Shown here: positions 38,461 to 53,084 of the stretch, one piece after another
Numbering within the stretch: position 1 is the stretch's first letter
Layout of the letters: every line of letters starts with the position of its first letter
DNA from: Octopus sinensis
Lineage: Eukaryota
Assembly: GCF_006345805.1 (NCBI RefSeq)
Contig: NC_043015.1
Span: 2,232,001 to 2,296,000 of the forward strand
DNA length: 64,000 nt
Direction: 5' to 3'
Notes under the pieces: generated by a model
Databases searched by the model: none
What the model was told of the DNA's origin: nothing
The model's input: the letters and a program-made list of their open reading frames with translations, nothing else
Program-made: the position numbers and the translations under genes

Positions 38461-39985
38461 CTTTTAAAATTAAATTTGAAACTAATAATAAATATATTTT
38501 GGTCTGGGACAAAGTGTGACTAGTGTCTTTCATTGCTCAGTAAATGTCACTGCGTATGCATGTCTCGGTAACGGGGGTAGAACGAATATAGCATGGACAT
38601 TCTGAGACCTAAGCAAACACACCGCGATTGCGAAGTGAGTGAATTTAACCACAAAGCCAAGTTTCGTACTATTTCCAGAATTTAAAATATAATCTGATAG
38701 GAAAGTATTGCATAACTCTGCTGTTACCACTGGATGTCTGGCTGTTGTTTATAAATGTCTGGCGAAATTGGAATCTTTTATTTATTGCAAACAAAATGGC
38801 ACCAGCGAACTTATGGCTTGTCTTATTTGACATGTCTATTCCAATCACTAAAAATAATAATATAAGAAAAAAATCAAATATCGCTTCCATTGCTTTGACT
38901 ACGTTTAGGATATAATATTTCAAACTGTGTAACCAGATTGTTCTGTATGTACATCGTCTTATCATTTTATGAATGCACGGAATACAAGTAATGTAAATAA
39001 CAAATTTCTATGGATTTAGTAAATGTTGAAACTGGAAAATCGGCAGGGGTGTGGAAAGTTTTGAAAGCAATAAACTGTTAGCAATTCATATAAAAGTATG
39101 ACTGCAAATTTGATATTTTTCGTGAACTTCAAGGGGTTGGAGATACAAGTAAGAGGTTGTGACCAGACTGGAAACTAGACAGTAAATACTGAGTCAATTA
39201 TGTTTTCACAAAAGCCGCCTAAAAGCCGAGAAGTTATATAAGACTCTGCGTTGGATTATGTCTACCATGGAATTAAAGGATGTTTCTAGTAGCATATATT
39301 CCCACCAATGTGAGTGTTGTAATTCTAATTTACCACGCATATGACCTGTGCTATTTTAAAACAAACCATCTGAAATGCACAACGATGTCTGCACAACTAA
39401 TGAATGAATATAAATGATGAGTAGTTTGGTGCGGTTTGGTTGAAAGATCGATCTAAGTGTTCAATGTAAGTAAAAACAAATTTATTAACTAAAGCAATTC
39501 TTGTTAACCATTGAAAGATATCATGACAATATGATACTTCTGTTATTGGATTTGTTTAGTAATCTGCTCGAAAGTTTCCACACGTTGGGTGCTACATCTT
39601 CTGAAATCTCATCAAAAGTGCACCAAGCAGATCACATCACGAAAAAAACCTGCCTTTTTTCTTCTTTTTTTTATTGAAAGAAATCAACTGTCGACAGGAT
39701 ACTGGTCTATGCATAACCGCTGCCTAACACCACTTTTACCCGGAGGTAAAACAAACATACATACACACACACACATATAACCATACTTACACATATACAT
39801 ACAAATCTATATATACAAATCTGAGGGATGGTCACTATGTGGACGACCATTATGCTAGAAATAGATCTGCTAACCCTAACCCTACCACTAAGAAATCTTC
39901 TCAAGAAAATTTAGCAAACACCAGAACGTAAGTGAGAAAGACAAATGAAAATAAAAATATAAATATATATATATTTATATATATA

Positions 39986-40030
<45 letters not shown>

Positions 40031-40069
40031 GAGGGTGTGTGTGTGTGTAACTGTGTGTGTAACTGTGAG

Positions 40070-40280
40070 GTGTGTGTGAGTGAGTTTGTGTTTGTATTTG
40101 TCTCCCACTATCGCTGCACAACCAGTGCTGGTATTTTACGTCCCTATATTCTAGCGGTTCACCAATGACATCGATAGAATAAGAAATATGTCCTCGGTCC
40201 GATTTGCAAGACTACAGTCCTTCAAGGCAAAACCCCAGCATGGCCACTGTCAAATGACTTAAAGAAGTAAAAGATAAAAT
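40070..40280 (+). mobile_element. 3' half of SINE family B
   Basis: ctagcggttc, gatagaataag, ccagcatggccactgtcaaatgact, gtaaaagataaaa. Confidence 0.75.
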
Positions 40281-42249
40281 GATAAAGGGTAAGTATTCGT
40301 AACTTTTCTGTCGGATACCTGTTGAAGGAAAGGTACCTTTCCTTCTACCTAAGGCCTTATATTTCGGCTTTACTGCGGTATATGCAACATTCGATTTCAA
40401 TTTGAAGGAAGCTCAGTGTGTATGACTTAGAAGCTCGCATCGCTAATGTCATTTACACCTGTTAAATGAGGAATGATCATACAGCTGACGTCTTCTCTTT
40501 TTCAGAATCCTCATGCACGTTAATTTCCGTCCTCTATTGTAAACAGTATGTCAATATCAGGGACAGTGTTCTGTTTCGGCTACGAGTTTTGTCACACATT
40601 TGACAAGTTTAAAGCCAGAATTATCAGGTTCCAGGAAATAGTTGATCTTGATTTAGACATGAAGTATAAAAGTTTCCACGATCTTACGCAGACGTAGGTT
40701 ATCAAAAGATACAGTTTTATTACATCTGTCCAGTCTATTTTTTTGCTAGGTAACATATGTTCGATACATATTTGTGATTCTGTTCCTCTGTTCTAACCTA
40801 CTTTCTTGCCAAGATATTGTTTCTTTAATTGATCAATCGTTATTTTCTTACACACACCCATCCAAAACACACACCACACTCACAATATATATATATTCAA
40901 CATTTGTAAGATATTTCATGTAGGTTCCGCCAAAGATTAAGTCCTGAAATTATCAACGTTTAATACAATCATATTAAATTACATTTCAGAAATTGATGCA
41001 ACTCACAGTTAAAACATATTCAAGGTTGAATAACTGTAAAGGTAATTCACTGCAATGATTAACACTTGAGATATTTTTACTCAATGGTGTGTATAATGTC
41101 AATATGTTATACGAGACCGGGGCAATACAAATAATAAACTCGAATCGAATTATTGAACAAAGTAGAACACACTGGCTGGAATCAGCCGTCACATATAACA
41201 TCATATTCGTCTCTTATCATCAGTATGTTTTATATTCTCTGCTCCCCAACCCGCCACGATCGCCAAATTAAAAAGGAAAGCAAAAACAATTAATAAATAA
41301 AAAAATATAATTAAAAGAAGCGGAAAATACATAAAAATGTAAGGAATTGATTTATCTTCATTCACGCTTAGTTTCTTTTGGGTATTTTTCCTATAGCTTC
41401 ATATTCTTATTTTGATATTTTATATTTTATAACATAGACAACCTCTTGTCGGCAAACCAGTTGAGACGAATCGAATCTTGCGTTCGTTCAAATTAACTCT
41501 TGAATAGTATTTACACTTCGCTTAACAATTAAACTCAGTCAATAGCGCAACCAGGAAGCGAATCAGTCAAAAGTAATTGGTTGAGAAATCGCCATTGTGG
41601 AGAAAATGATAAGTGGTTAAAGCAAAGGCAAACAGCAGGAAGACATAAAAAAAAATGTAATAGAAAAAAAAATAACAACGGTTGTTTGCAGGTGGGAAAA
41701 AAGAAAAATACATATATACACACAGTTTGCTTATTACTTGCATTTCTAGACAAGACAACAACCCACCCTATGAAAATGAACAAAATAAAAACAGTTTTTA
41801 AATAAATATCTTAAATGAAAGAAACTAGACTGAAACAAACAAGAAACAAAAATGGCTGCTAAAATAAATAGAAACACGAACGAAAAATAGAGTCTTACAC
41901 ACTTAAACACAAACAAACATATACATGCAGTCTTTAAACAGCAGACACGTACATTGGCTGAAAGACAAACACGAGAGTACAAATCCAAGCTACAGTTATC
42001 AAAAGCGGCCTTTGAACCGCAGTAGGGTAACTATTACTGAAGAAGAAAGGAAATGAACAAAGTACAAACGAAGCGGAAATTCAACCATTCTCTGAAGCAA
42101 ACATTAAATAATGAACTGGAGATCGATCTGGTGAATGAATCTACTGATTCAGGGTTGTTCGCTCTGCTTTATATCAACTCAGAGCGTAATATTAAACAAA
42201 ACGCTGCTACGTTTCAATTCTTTACTTGTTAGTTTATATCTATGTAGAT

Positions 42250-42286
<37 letters not shown>

Positions 42287-42471
42287 GTGCGTGGGTGCAA
42301 GTGTGTGTTTGTGTGTGTGTGTGTGTGTGTATGTGTGTGTGTACGTTGGGAGAGAGATATATAGTGACATAGCTTGAAAGAGAAATAAATATATATATAC
42401 CTAAATATAAGCATGTATAAACATTCACATATATATGGATATATGTGTACATATATATATATATATGTGTG

Positions 42472-42512
<41 letters not shown>

Positions 42513-42591
42513 GTGCATATATACTATATTGGTATACATGTATATAGATGCATATATATATATGCATATATATATGCATATATATATAAAC

Positions 42592-42626
<35 letters not shown>

Positions 42627-42703
42627 CATATATATATGTATACATATATATATATATATATGCATATATATATAAGCATATATATATATGCATCTATATG
42701 TAT

Positions 42704-42756
<53 letters not shown>

Positions 42757-42920
42757 GATGCATATGCTTATATATAAATATGTATGTGTGTGTACGATTA
42801 TATATATGTAAAATGTATTTGATTCACCATGTCATGTATGTTCTGCAGTTATATGTGTGCACATATGTATGCGCATGCTGTATACATATATATATGTGTG
42901 TGTGTGTGTATGTATATATA
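42250..42920. repeat. long compound (TA)/(TG) array
   Basis: Direct reading. Confidence 0.93.
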
Positions 42921-43364
42921 TTTTGGTACGGTGCTGTTGCTATTCATACACATTGCATCTAATGCATGTACACCATTAATACAAAACACACAAATACGTT
43001 GTTCGCACATTACTTATAGTAAGTAAACACGTTCACACCAAGAGCATACTCAGAGAGAAGTAAACGCATACATGAGACCCTACTAGGAATTCATCGCCGC
43101 TTTGGGCACAAGCATAAAGAGTGTTATTATAACATGAATGAAATATCCCTAGGTTGTCTTTGCATCGTTAGATAAACAATATCCCTCTATTCTTACTGAC
43201 AGAGATGGTTTTTATTTTCTTCTCATCTCTTTGTATTCATCGCACATTCTACTTTTGATTTTAAGTGAATATAAATGCATATATTTATAAATATATATCT
43301 ACATAGTCAAAAATTTGCCTTGAATATGAATGCAATATTATGCATATCTAAATCCAACCGTCGT

Positions 43365-43469
43365 TATGTATGTATGTATCTATCTATCTATCACTCTGTT
43401 AGTCTATCTACCTCTCTGTCTATATACTTATCTATCTATCTATCTATCTAACAAACCTACATACCAAAG

Positions 43470-43534
<65 letters not shown>

Positions 43535-43580
43535 GTATATATATATATATACATATAAATATATATACATGTATATATAT

Positions 43581-43611
<31 letters not shown>

Positions 43612-43915
43612 ATATCTATATATATATATATATATATACGTATATATATATACGTATATATATACATATATATATATACGTATATATATTATATATACGT
43701 ATATACATATGTATATACATATATTATATTATAAAAAGAGAGAGAGAAAGAGAGAGTGAGACCGAGAGAGAGACGGATAGAAATATTTGTGCTGATAGAT
43801 AAATTGAAAGATAAATACGTATGCATATATGTATATATATATGTATATATGTATATATATATATATATACATACATACGCACATACAACATTATCAGTGT
43901 GTGTGTGTGTGCGTG
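43365..43915. repeat. (TATC)n, (TA)n and (GA)n compound array
   Basis: Direct reading. Confidence 0.93.
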
Positions 43916-44780
43916 TCTGAGTTTGAGAAACAACTTTTTTTTCCTAATTTGTTTGTAAATACTTATTAAATTAACTCCTCCATTTAATTAACCTTCTTTA
44001 TAATCGGTTTAACAGTTATTCATTAAGAGCATCACCCATTAAACCCTCAATAGCTGTAACATCTATTACTCACGTGTTTATTGACTCTCTATGCCGAAGT
44101 CAGAGCAATATTTCATGCGAAACAAGGAAACAGAAAGAGAACACGACAGAGAGAGAGAGAGACAGAAGGAAGGAGGCAGGAAGGAAGGGAGGGAGAGAGA
44201 AAGAGTGATAGAAAGAAATAGGGAGATAGAAAGAGACAATGCGTGTGTGTGTGCGTGTATTTGAGAGAGAGAGAGATAGAGAGAGAGAAAGAGAGAGAAA
44301 GTGAGGGTAACTTTGCAGCGGGAGCGTTTGGCAAAGACTATGAGTTTGAAGAAGAGAACAATATACGTTCGTCATACATACACAAACACACATACACACG
44401 CGAACACACACACACATATTCACACATACACTTAGACACACATACACACTCACACACGCATTCACACACACACGCACACACACATATCAACGTACGTGTG
44501 TTATGTGATTGGCAGTGAATATGTGTGTGTAAGAGAGTGAGTGATGTGTGAATAGATAATTAATTTTTTAATCTATAACTAATTACAAAGTTAGTGTAAA
44601 AATTTGGAAACTATTTTCTGAATTCGTTTTATATTTTATCAGATAATATTATCTCGTAGACTCTCGGTCTTTCGCTTTTACTTCTTATCTTTTCCTTTCC
44701 CGGTCTCTCATTTACTGTAGTTTTTTGTTTTTTCTCTCCGATTTCTGAATACATACATCCATATATATATATATATATAT

Positions 44781-45180
44781 AGGCGCAGGAGTGGCTGTGT
44801 GGTAAGTAGCTTGCTAAACAACCACATGGTTCCGGGTTCAGTCCCACTGCGTGGCATCTTGGGCAAGTGTCTTCTGCTATAGCCCCGGGCCGACCAATGC
44901 CTTGTGAGTGGATTTGGTAGACGGAAACTGAAAGAAGCCTGTCGTATATATGTATATATATGTATGTGTGTATGTGTGTGTGTTTGTCCCCCTAGCATTG
45001 CTTGACAACCGATGCTGGTGTGTTTACGTCCCCTTCACTTAGCGGTTCGGCAAAATAGACCGATAGAATAAGTACTGGGTTTACAAAGAATAAGTCCCGG
45101 GGTCGATTTGCTCGACTAAAGGCGGTGCTCCAGCATGGCCGCAGTCAAATGACTGAAACAAGTAAAAGATAAAAGAAAAG
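44781..45180 (+). mobile_element. best-preserved SINE family B copy
   Basis: A box tggctgtgtgg, B box ggttcagtccc, CORE-like cttgggcaagtgtctt, internal TA/TG tract, (t)aaaaga tail repeats. Confidence 0.93.
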
Positions 45181-45400
45181 AAGAAGATATAGCATCTAAA
45201 TATAGGTGTTCCTTTATGTATGTGAATACATGTGTGTTTTTGTACGTCTGTACCTATATGTGCATGTATGTGCATGTCATTATAATTCTCCCTCGTATAT
45301 ATATTTTGTGGGTGTATATATATATATATATATATATATCAATATCTATGTTTTGAAGCTTCTCTCACTGTACGTGAGTGTTGGCGCATATGTATGTGTA

Positions 45401-45438
<38 letters not shown>

Positions 45439-45975
45439 TGTATGTGCGTTTGTGTCTGTGCGTCTTCATATCAATTTTAATAATTCATGACAAACGACCT
45501 CATGTTTCCTTCCGAACGCAGTGAACGAATATTTATTTACATTCCCACATCACCACTTTCCCCACATTCCTTTCTTAAAACTTTCATTGTTTTTATTACT
45601 CCCCTCTCTCTTTCTTTCATCTTACAACATTAATTTGCTTTATACTTCAGTAAACACTTTCAATTCGATCCCTTTTTTTTTCCACTTATTTCCAACTTCC
45701 TCCACTCTGCTCCCACAAATGCTAGATATGTATTTTAAAATCTAGAGACAGTTTAAGTTCTATGCGATTGTGGATAGGAAGGAGGTGCGGTTAGGTTGTA
45801 GCTATTCGGATAACTTAATCAAGATGTTGTAGTCGTTGTTCTTTGCCATCTTACTGCATATAATTGAAGTTTCAAACATTCAGAGAACAATAAATATAAA
45901 ACAATACAGTGCATCGTTCTCTGAAATATAATAACTTCAGCTTCGGTTATTTCTTTGTTTGTATCTTTCGCTGTA

Positions 45976-46273
45976 GTGGAGGCACATCGCCTAGTCGTTA
46001 AAGCAGCGGACTCGCGGTCAAAATGTTGCGGGTTCGAATCTCAGACCGGGCAATGTGTGTTTATGAGCGAAACACCTAATGTGCACCCGGCTCCGGCAGA
46101 AGGTAATGGTGAACTTCTGCTAATTTTTTCGCCACGATTTTCTCCCACTTTCCTCCTGCATCTTGCAGCTCACCTGCGACGGACCGGTGTCCCGTCCAGG
46201 TGGGGAACCTATACGCGAAGGAAACCGGGAAACCGGCCCTTAGGAGCCAGACATGTCTCGAGAAGGAACAACC
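45976..46273 (+). mobile_element. SINE family C (tail type 3, V-domain-like)
   Basis: tRNA head with ggttcgaatc; 46173-46200 cctgcgacggaccggtgtcccgtccagg resembles the V-SINE domain CCTGCGATGGACTGGC..CCCGTCCAGG (from recall). Confidence 0.8.
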
Positions 46274-46392
46274 ATTTCACTCTACCAAATATTGTCCATT
46301 CTAATGATTTCTTTCTTGTATTCTCGTTTTGGTCTTTCACACTCCTTTATCTGTCTGTATAGAACTATTGTATATCACAACTGCGTGATGTA

Positions 46393-46830
46393 TTCATTAT
46401 ATAAAATCCGGTCTCTCTGTCTGTGTGTGTGTGTGTGTGTGTGTGTCTTCTAGGATCTCGGGCATTCTCGCGCTCAAATTTGATATGTAGATACCGACAG
46501 TATCAGTGCGTGTATAAGTCTTGAAAAAATTGCAAAAATCAATTCCACATGAGAATGCGATCGATAAAGCTGTGGGAACGTGCATTTGTACGCGCAAGGT
46601 CATCAGCTGTTGCGATGTACTTACTGATACTTTAAACACTTCGGTTGCATATTTGGGTGAATAAATAGAAAAAAAATGTCTATCTTTATTTCTTCTTTTG
46701 TTGGTGTCTCAAATTTAGATTAAATCAGTATTTCTGAAAGTGGAGCCCTATGGACAAATTGTTTTGAGAAAATTTGGTTTAAAAGTTTGACAACTCAGCA
46801 CCGTTCATTGGACGGGGGGTGATTTGCTAG
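46393..46830 (+). mobile_element. non-autonomous Helitron-like element, copy 2
   Basis: 5' tcattatataaaatcc, internal GTCT/GT microsatellite, 3' hairpin ccgttca-t-tggacgg, terminal CTAG followed by T. Confidence 0.85.
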
Positions 46831-47454
46831 TATACATATATAAGAAAAAAACCCCAAAAAACAAAGGCATAAGCCGTCGCCAAAGGTGATTATTCTTTTC
46901 ATGTTGTTAAAGCTGGAGCATAGAAAATATGCATGCGAGAATTATTGCAGCTGTTTACGTTCTGCGTTCCTATCCGGCAGAGGCTGTTTTCCCCCTCCTC
47001 CATCCGTCAGTGAAGTAAGTCCTTGGAAAATCTCGATTAAACAACCTTCACTATGAATCTCTTCCTCCCCCCACCTCTTTCTTTTCCCCCTCCTCTTCTT
47101 CTTTTCCTTCTTCTTCCGGTGGTTTACTGCCACCTGATTAGATTCAGATTTTGTACAAGTTTCGTTATAATAATATACTTTTTGTCCATTTTCTTGATTG
47201 TCGTAATACATGGGTATGTCAAGACAAATTTAATTCTCATAAGTATCGGTTATAATATCCAATGTATGTTGTGGAGTTGGAGATGGTGAATCCCCCATCC
47301 TTGCTGAGAGTCGGTGAATCTGCACTCATGGTCTATATCTGTCGAGAGGCGTGCATTCAGTTGTACGTTTCGGTGATCTTTAAACCCCAGCAAAGTTTGA
47401 TTTATCCCCCATATATTCATTTGTTACTGATTATTTCAGCTTGAACAATGATTT

Positions 47455-47797
47455 TCAGCAGGGGCCCATATAACTCCTGGGCGGGAACATTAGACATTTG
47501 GTTGCCCATGGAAGCTAAATAATGAATTGGGGACCAACAGTAGTATTTTAAGTGTCATGAAAACATGTTACTCTGGGTGTATTTAGTGCGTAAAATCTGC
47601 TGGGTTTCTCTGATGCTTTAAAAAGTAAAGTGGTAATTTTGAAAGAAGTAACAACAAAAGTAGTTTTCAAACATTGAATAGCTATGGGGGTCCACCAGAA
47701 CAGAATAATAATTACAAGGGTCCATAGCAAAAACGGGTGTAGCACTACTCCTCTAGGATGTAAGGCAGAAGGCTTCAGGGCCCGGAAGACCGGCTGA
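47455..47797. mobile_element. possible decayed non-autonomous DNA transposon (ggggccc-type subrepeats)
   Basis: Recurrent ggggccc/ggggacc/gggtcc motifs ending in accggctg; TIR pair not established. Confidence 0.3.
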
Positions 47798-49289
47798 AAG
47801 TGCTATGATTTTCCCTTTCTAATAGTTTCCGAAAATTGTCTTTCAATGCTTATTTCTTCATCTACTGCATCTTTTGTTCGATGTTGAGAACAGCTGACAC
47901 CAACTTATTTCAGACTTGTTAAGAGGGGCAGTGTCGTTTATTATTAAAGCCCATACGTAGGGTTTCATTTAGATATAATTTTGCTGGTCTATCCTCCTCT
48001 TCATTCTATTTTCGCTCTGGACCTGTTCCCGTGATCCTACGATGCTTTCTTTAGTAATATTTTCTTTTTAACAAAAGCTTGTCCTCCTCATCATTTTTTT
48101 TCCATTGTGCTATGCAAAAATACCGTGATATTTGTTTAATTTTAATTTATTGACATACAAATAAATGTAATACTAACTTTTATAACGAACTATTTTCAGT
48201 AAAGAAAGATGTCTGTTTAGCGTAGCTAGGAACAAAAGAATAGTCTATGACACCATTTTCCCCTCCGTTGTAGAATGCTTTCTGAGCGAGCTGGAGTGAT
48301 ACCCAAGGAAGAAAATGATCATGGAACATATTCCTCCTCCTAGTTACCATGCAAATCAATACTGACAGAACATAATTAGGCCTTTAGTGAAGCAAGCATC
48401 CAAATGTGGTCGATAAAGAGGGTCAGTGATGTTTTATTGATTAATTAATTTATTTATTTTGATATATAAGTACTCTGCAGAGCGAAAAAAAACACAATCT
48501 AGTGTTAATTAACATCAAGAGAATCAATAGGTACTGCACAAAAATATATACGACGGAAAGTATCATGTTGTCCAAAGACTGGAAATACGGAATCAACATA
48601 GAGAGTGTAGGGTGAGTGAATATTATCTCTGTGGAATAAAATACTGAGTTGGACCGTAGATAATTATGAGTTACCTTTAGTAAGACTAGCCAGGAGTATT
48701 TAATTTTGTTGCCAATTTTCTTTTTTGACATTGGGTCTCAATGAAAAGATTGACCTTTGCTTCGTATTTTAAAAGAATGCGTGGAAATACCTTTAGAGTC
48801 ATGCATTTCAGTATATTTTTTAGTGTCAAATTTTAGAGAAAATTAAGAATGAAGTGAACACTGCGTGTCTATAACGTCCATATTTACTTATATATTAGAT
48901 ATGAGATTGAAAATAATATCTAAATGCTTGGGCTTGAAAAAAGCATATTTTCGTACTTTACATATACTTATTTTCGAAACAATTCCAAGATACATTTGCT
49001 CTATACTCTATTGTTTTTATGAAGCATTTGACATTTCGTGGACAGGTTATTTTATCGGGAAAAAGCAATTTAATAGTTGATTTAGTTTATTTCTGGTATT
49101 ATTACTTGTCTTTATCGTGTTATTAGATTTTTGACATTTTCTATGCATGTATTAGTAAATATTACATTCCTTTATTAAAGAATATTTGATAAATTATGGC
49201 TGAGATGAAAGTGGATTTCCATCAAAAGACGATGTAGATATATTTATCATTGCTTGTTTATATACATAAATACACACACGCACACACAC

Positions 49290-49322
<33 letters not shown>

Positions 49323-49325
49323 CAT

Positions 49326-49391
<66 letters not shown>

Positions 49392-49953
49392 TTATTGTGC
49401 TTATGTTTTATGATAGATTAATATATCAGGAATTAGCTCATACTAAAAGGGTTAAATTGGATTGAACGGATGACCTGTATTACCTGATTTTAATATATTT
49501 CATATTTCAATAACATTTTATATTTTCTTTCAAGAATATATTTTCAATATGTCGCTTCTTAATGTGGAGAAAGCTTAGTCTGTTTTGACTTATAAGTTAG
49601 ATATTCTACTGTTAATATTTCTGTCAAAATGTTTTTTTGTTCTGTTTGGATGATGGTGCGTGCTTTAAAACATGTAAATAATACCATCTCTCTCGACCTC
49701 ACAGAATAATATTTGCATCTACGTAATTACAATAGCTTCCACTTATAAAATAATAAACATAATATCACTCAAATTTCAAAAGTAAACTTTATGAGAGCAT
49801 ATCAACCTCTTCCTTCTGCTACGACAACTAGTCTAAGTATGGAGATATAAAATATTTATGTGTGCCTACTGCTATACTGCTCTCAACGTCATAAGCAAAT
49901 CCATTTTACAACTTTGTGCACATATAAAAAAATAGAAGGATGTGTCACTTAAT

Positions 49954-51324
49954 TATGAGGCTCGGTTCAAACGTTCGGAGGCTGAATAAGAAGCTCTTAT
50001 GAAATGTGACTATATGAGGTTATTTTTCTACAGAGGCTCCTTGCGGTCCACACGTATTACACTAATGCTGCATAATTGGATCTCATTGCTGAAAGCTATC
50101 GTCGTGTTGGTCAAACAAGTCATCAACAGTACATATGACGTCACCATCATTGTGATATTAATTCCCAGACGAATGTTTTTCCATGTCAGGGAACAATTAA
50201 TAACCAGATATGGCGAAATTAGGACAACAGAGGCGAATCAACAAGTTCAAAGCTAGTCACGCAGAGCAACCATTGAAATGTCGGGTTTTTGTGCTGAAAC
50301 ATTTTCCTCTTGAAACAAGTTCTCTTTCGTCAGTTTTCTTATGCGTCTGATCTTCATAGACCTTTCGTAACTATCTCAGGAAGTTGGCCTTTTATTTCAT
50401 ATTGCCGATGTGGTCTCTTTGATGATAGTTGATACACACAATGGTTTTAGCTTCCTAAACAACAGCGAATAGTTGAGAAGGGATGTTTGCACTGCATGGA
50501 TAGTCTCGTTGTCTCTGGCTCAAAGTGACCCTCGTCCTGGATTAAGAAACGAACAAGGAAACGAAATGGATCGGTCTGAAATAGTCTTGATTTTTGTCGT
50601 GATATTTCATCATGTGTAAGAAGCCGTGACATTCACCAAGCATAAGCTTTCGTCATGCTAAATTCCGTGTTCAGAATATTCTCAACTCTGTCAATATTTA
50701 AATAAGATTGGATATCTGATTTATAGTCAATCGTTGGCCATCCATCACCATGTTGTGAAGACGAATATTTCGGATCTCGGGTCGTTTTCATGACTCAACC
50801 TTCTCTTCTTAACTTCACCTGCCAACCTTTATACCGCAAGTAAACCTGAAGTGCCATGACAAACTTATCAGTATAAATATCCTTAGAGGCTAAATCTTTT
50901 TTCTGCATGTAATTGATAATACCACGATGCCAAATGTTCACGATATTCAAGAGAATTTGCTACTAGTTGATTTTGAAGACTTCTTTAAGCTGTTATTTAC
51001 CTTCGTGTGGGATGCAGTTATTAATTTGAAATGGATACATGCTAATTTCTCCATTCAATAATAATTCACTCAGTGAGTCGATGAACTTGCAGCACCTCTC
51101 GTAGAACAGTAGCAACACTACAGTAAATGCCGTCTGATTCATTGGAACTAGTTTAATGCAGGGCCAAAGTTCGTTCATTTTGAAGAGCAGTCGCTACTGA
51201 TTAACTTTGGGGCCTTCTTTGATCAGTCAGTTACAAAGGGTTGAAATTAACGCTTGAAATATTTTTCAACTCGAGGATTATTCCTTCATGGCAAGCCTAT
51301 GAAGAATTCTGACTCACCCTCGTA
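49954..51324 (-). mobile_element. near full-length decayed mariner (irritans-like), related to 25733
   Basis: About 1.37 kb, TA-flanked TIR remnants (tatgaggctcggttcaaacgttc / ctgactcaccctcgta); RLLT..RFLIQDEGHFEPET (ORF 50447-50632), FELVD and VDRK..VEK* remnants. Confidence 0.88.
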
Positions 51325-51351
51325 TATAGTCACACCATTGTAATTTGAATA

Positions 51352-51595
51352 ACTATTTCTTTACTACCCACAAGGGGCTAAACGCAGAGGGGTCAAACAA
51401 GGACAGACAAACGGATTAAGTCGATTACATCGACCCCAATGCGTAACTGGTACTCAATTTATCGACCCCTAAAGGATGAAAGGCAAAGTCAACCTCGGCG
51501 GAATTTGAACGTAACGGAATTCTGAACGTAACGACAGACGAAATACGGCTACGCATTTCGCCATGTGTGCTAACGATTCTGCCAGCTCACCGCCT
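51352..51595 (-). mobile_element. SINE family A with 12-bp TSD
   Basis: TSD ttgtaatttgaa at 51338-51349 and 51596-51607; short internal duplication of tgaacgtaac. Confidence 0.92.
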
Positions 51596-51665
51596 TTGTA
51601 ATTTGAACAGCGTCAACACGAATTCATACCAGTGAGAACATATGTGTATCAAACGAAACAAGTGA

Positions 51666-51928
51666 TTTACTCTTTACTCTCTTACTTGTTTCAGTCATTT
51701 GACTGCGGCCATGCGGGAGCACCGCCTTTAGTCGAGCAAATCGACCCCAGGACTTATTCTTTGTAAGCCCAGTACTTATTCTATCGCTCTCTTTTGCTGA
51801 ACTGCTAAGTGACGGCGATGTAAACACACCAGCATCGGTTGTCAAGTAATGCTAGGGGGACAAACACAGACACACAAACATACACACACACACACCCACA
51901 CACACACACACACACACATACACACACA

Positions 51929-51993
<65 letters not shown>

Positions 51994-52157
51994 CGACTGG
52001 CTTCTTTCAGTTTCCGTCTACCAAATCCACACACAAGTCTTTGGTCGGTCCGAGGCTATAGTAGAAGACACTTGCCCAAGATGCCACGCAGTGGGACTGA
52101 ACCCGGAACCATGTCGTTGGTAAGCAAGCTACTTACCACACAGCCACTCATGTGCCT
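51666..52157 (-). mobile_element. full-length SINE family B with expanded internal (CA)n(TA)n
   Basis: Reverse complement of the 44781 copy; internal tract about 130 bp. Confidence 0.93.
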
Positions 52158-52793
52158 TTGTTTCAGAAGAAAAAAATGTTAGTACAATCCATTTATATTC
52201 TAAAGTATTTATGTATGGAAATCGTTTCACTTGCGAGATTCAGCTGGTTGCAGGAAGAGAATTATCTCTGTAGTGGACGTTAAATGGCAGTGGAAAATGT
52301 AAATGATGTTCGTTTGAAACATAATATAGGTGAAAAATCCTCGCTTTACAAGTAGAATAATCAGTTGTACTAATTTGGCTCATAAATTGGTTTATTCTTA
52401 TCAATTTGAGGTAGTGTTTTTATATTTTATGTCAAGGAACTAAACTGCTGAATACTTGTAAATTCCAGCCGTTTGTAAAATGCCGAACACATACACGTAT
52501 ACACTTAAGCCCCCGTATACACATACATACACACACGTAGAAAAACACATGTATACACAAGCATACACACTTGTGTATATAGGTAATAAGCATGTTTAAA
52601 AATTCACTCGATTCATGTGTTTAGATTATATTTGTTTTAACTTAACCACTTACACTATTTCACAGTTTCAAAATTTGTGTAAGAGCGTAGGCTCCGAATA
52701 ACAGAACCCGAGACAAAATATATATAACATTTATCTACTTATCTAATAAGATCGGTATTTAAATATCGATCTTATCCTTGTATATATATATAC

Positions 52794-53084
<291 letters not shown>

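Noticed and set aside
45976-46050. tRNA genes at SINE heads (also 21775-21836)
   Set aside because: A/B boxes are present but cloverleaf pairing is incomplete and they continue into repeat bodies.
46951-47014. Possible 64-nt exon (ttgcag ... gtaagt)
   Set aside because: Weak polypyrimidine tract, no recognisable peptide and no partner exons; needs RNA-seq.
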